A DNA stretch of 64,000 bases from a virus (taxonomy: Duplodnaviria; Heunggongvirae; Uroviricota; Caudoviricetes). The number at the start of each line of letters is the position of its first letter. The first letter of the stretch is position 1. Location: positions 19,927-83,926 of the IMG/VR virus record IMGVR_UViG_2802428982_000005; one strand, written 5' to 3'. Below, piece by piece: positions 62,337-64,000 of this stretch. The translations under genes and the position numbers were made by a program. Below the pieces are notes generated by a model. It was given only the letters and a program-made list of their open reading frames with translations, did not search any database and was not told the origin of the DNA.

Positions 62337-62645
62337 ATGCGCAATATGACTGCTGCATTCGAATCGGGAAATATCCCCCCGAGCCGCCTGCGACACCGCT
62401 TACGGATCGCACGCGAGGAGGCGCAACTAGATCAGCACCAACTAGCCGAACTCATGGGAGTCGGCCGGTCGGTGGTTGGCAATTGCGAGAGCGGACGGAC
62501 GGTGCCGAAGAAGATCGTCGTCAACGCTTGGGCATTGGCCTGCGGCGTGCCAGCGAGTTGGCTAGCCACGGGTGAAGGTGAGCAGCCGCCGGAAGATGAC
62601 GGCCCTATGGTGCGCCCGAAGGGATTCGAACCCCTAACCTTCTGA
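62337..62645 (+). CDS. XRE/cI-like immunity repressor whose ORF ends inside the host tRNA-Arg (start 62337 or 62346; ORF-track TTG 62310)
   Basis: HTH LDQHQLAELMGVGRSVVGNCESGRTVP; last ~12 codons (MVRPKGFEPLTF) are encoded by the tRNA-Arg 3' half; stop TGA 62643-62645. Confidence 0.65.
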   Translation: MRNMTAAFESGNIPPSRLRHRLRIAREEAQLDQHQLAELMGVGRSVVGNCESGRTVPKKIVVNAWALACGVPASWLATGEGEQPPEDDGPMVRPKGFEPLTF

Positions 62646-62683
62646 TCCGTAGTCAGATGCTCTATCCGTTGAGCTACGGGCGC
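62608..62683 (-). tRNA. tRNA-Arg (anticodon ACG), 76 nt with encoded CCA; prophage attachment junction at its 3' end
   Basis: Minus strand GCGCCCGUAGCUCAACGGAUAGAGCAUCUGACUACGGAUCAGAAGGUUAGGGGUUCGAAUCCCUUCGGGCGCACCA; cloverleaf with anticodon loop CUACGGA. Confidence 0.85.
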
Positions 62684-62731
62684 TTACTATTCAATTGTTG
62701 CAGGTCAACAGGTTTGGCCTGCAGACCGACG

Positions 62732-62820
62732 CGGAGGCGAGAGGATTTGAACCTCCGGTCCCCCGTAAAGGGGACAACTCATTAGCAGTGAGTCCCATTC
62801 GGCCGCTCTGGCACGCCTCC
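62732..62820 (-). tRNA. tRNA-Ser (anticodon GCU), long variable arm
   Basis: Minus strand GGAGGCGUGCCAGAGCGGCCGAAUGGGACUCACUGCUAAUGAGUUGUCCCCUUUACGGGGGACCGGAGGUUCAAAUCCUCUCGCCUCCG. Confidence 0.8.
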
Positions 62821-62956
62821 TGAACTTCCTGAGCGGGACTCCGGACCCATAAAAATGGATCCCGAACCGCCGAGGGCACAGAGTACAGGGCCGCGCGCCC
62901 CAAAGGCAAAGCCGTTGGTCGTCATCGGGCCCCACGTGCCCCGATAGTCTGGTCAC

Positions 62957-64000
62957 GTGCCCGCACGACTTCGCCCCGAACTGACCGAACTACCGGCCTA
63001 CACACCGGGCCGAAACGTCCCCGGCGCCATCAAGCTCGCCAGTAATGAGACCGTGCAGGAGCCGCTGCCGAGCGTGCGGGCCGCCCTCGCCGAGGCGGGG
63101 TCGCTGATCAATCGGTACCCCGATAATGGCTACGCCGAGCTGCGCTCGCACCTGGCCAAGCACGTCGACATGCCGCCCGAGCACATCGCGGTGGGGTGCG
63201 GGTCGGTGAGCCTATGCCAGCAGCTGGTCCAGATCACCGCAACGGTGGGCGACGAGGTGCTGTTCGGCTGGCGGTCCTTTGAGACCTATCCGTTGGTGGT
63301 GCGGGTCGCGGGGGCGACTCCGGTGCAGGTACCGCTGGTCGACCACACCTATGACCTCGCCGCCATGGCGGCCGCCGTAACCGACGTCACCCGGCTGATC
63401 TTCGTCTGCAACCCCAACAACCCGACCGGCACCGTGGTGCGGCCCGCCGAACTGCGGCGGTTCGTCGAGTCGGTGCCGCCGCATATCCTGATCGCGATCG
63501 ACGAGGCCTACGTCGAGTACGTACGCGAGGACTTCACCGACAGCCTCGCACTGGTGCGTGAGCACCCCAATGTCGTTGTCTTACGCACCTTCTCAAAGGC
63601 ATACGGCCTGGCGGGGCTGCGAGTCGGCTACGCGGTCGGCGATCCCGATGTGATCACCACACTGGGCAAGGTGTACGTACCGTTCAGCGCGTCGAGCCTG
63701 GCGCAAGCTGCCGCGGTGGCTTCCCTCGGCGCCGCCGAAGAGCTGCTCGCGCGCACCAATGACGTTGTCACCGAACGCGCCCGGGTGACCAGTGCGCTGC
63801 GGGAAGCCGGCTATCAGGTGCCGCCGTCGCAGGCGAACTTCGTGTGGTTGCCGCTGGGCGAGCGCTCCACCGAATTCGCGCAAGCCTCCGCCGAGGCCCG
63901 AATCATTGTGCGCCCCTTTGGAACCGATGGCGTCCGGGTGACCATCGGAGCACCGATGGAAAACGACGCGTTCCTGAAGTTCTCGCGCGCCTGGCGCTAG
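62957..64000 (+). CDS. hisC: class I/II aminotransferase (histidinol-phosphate / aromatic aminotransferase, HisC2/Pat-like); host gene
   Basis: GTG start; 347 aa; FSKAYGLAGLRVGY PLP-lysine motif; NPNNPTG; N-terminus resembles mycobacterial HisC2/Pat. Confidence 0.7.
   Translation: MPARLRPELTELPAYTPGRNVPGAIKLASNETVQEPLPSVRAALAEAGSLINRYPDNGYAELRSHLAKHVDMPPEHIAVGCGSVSLCQQLVQITATVGDEVLFGWRSFETYPLVVRVAGATPVQVPLVDHTYDLAAMAAAVTDVTRLIFVCNPNNPTGTVVRPAELRRFVESVPPHILIAIDEAYVEYVREDFTDSLALVREHPNVVVLRTFSKAYGLAGLRVGYAVGDPDVITTLGKVYVPFSASSLAQAAAVASLGAAEELLARTNDVVTERARVTSALREAGYQVPPSQANFVWLPLGERSTEFAQASAEARIIVRPFGTDGVRVTIGAPMENDAFLKFSRAWR

Noticed and set aside
1-62650. Integrase or serine recombinase within the window
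   Set aside because: No ORF with tyrosine-recombinase motifs (R..H..R..Y) or a serine-recombinase resolvase domain was found. This is consistent with the integrase lying at the other prophage end beyond coordinate 1.
62691-62956. Small minus-strand ORFs 62691..62909 and 62705..62956 in host DNA
   Set aside because: They overlap the tRNA-Ser gene and its flanks. These are ORFs across tRNA sequence, not genes.

Overview
Almost the whole window (1 to ~62,650) is one temperate siphovirus-type prophage in a high-GC (~65-67%) Mycobacterium-like host. Nearly every prophage gene is on the minus strand. Read 5'->3' on that strand, the order is: Cro/Xis-like HTH (61950-62183) > early/replication/recombination genes (DGQHR-ParB-like, KilAC antirepressor-like, DnaQ exonuclease, RecE/YqaJ exonuclease + SSAP-like + HNH, SPFH membrane protein, MazG-like, Gp37/Gp68, metallophosphoesterase, many small Zn-ribbon ORFs) > an accessory block (Ro60/TROVE-vWA gene preceded by a tandem array of tRNA-like/Y-RNA-like repeats; a plus-strand 3-gene cassette; a low-GC membrane/lipoprotein operon) > P-loop/HNH > ParB-methyltransferase > TerS > TerL > portal > prohead protease > capsid > head-tail connectors > major tail > G/G-T chaperones with -1 frameshift > tape measure > minor tail proteins (continuing past the left edge). 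A plus-strand XRE/cI-like repressor (62310-62645) diverges from the Cro-like gene, reads into the 3' end of a host tRNA-Arg(ACG) (62608-62683) and ends inside it; this is the signature of integration-dependent immunity (attP inside the repressor gene), so the integrase is expected beyond the left edge of the window. Host DNA follows: tRNA-Arg, tRNA-Ser(GCU) and a hisC/pat-like aminotransferase (62957-64000). CDS coordinates include the stop codon. Many starts are GTG/TTG overlapping the upstream stop (GTGA/ATGA/TTGA), so the ORF-track N-termini were trimmed accordingly. No sequence in this window could be searched against a database; all function calls rest on motifs read by eye, gene order and sequence architecture.
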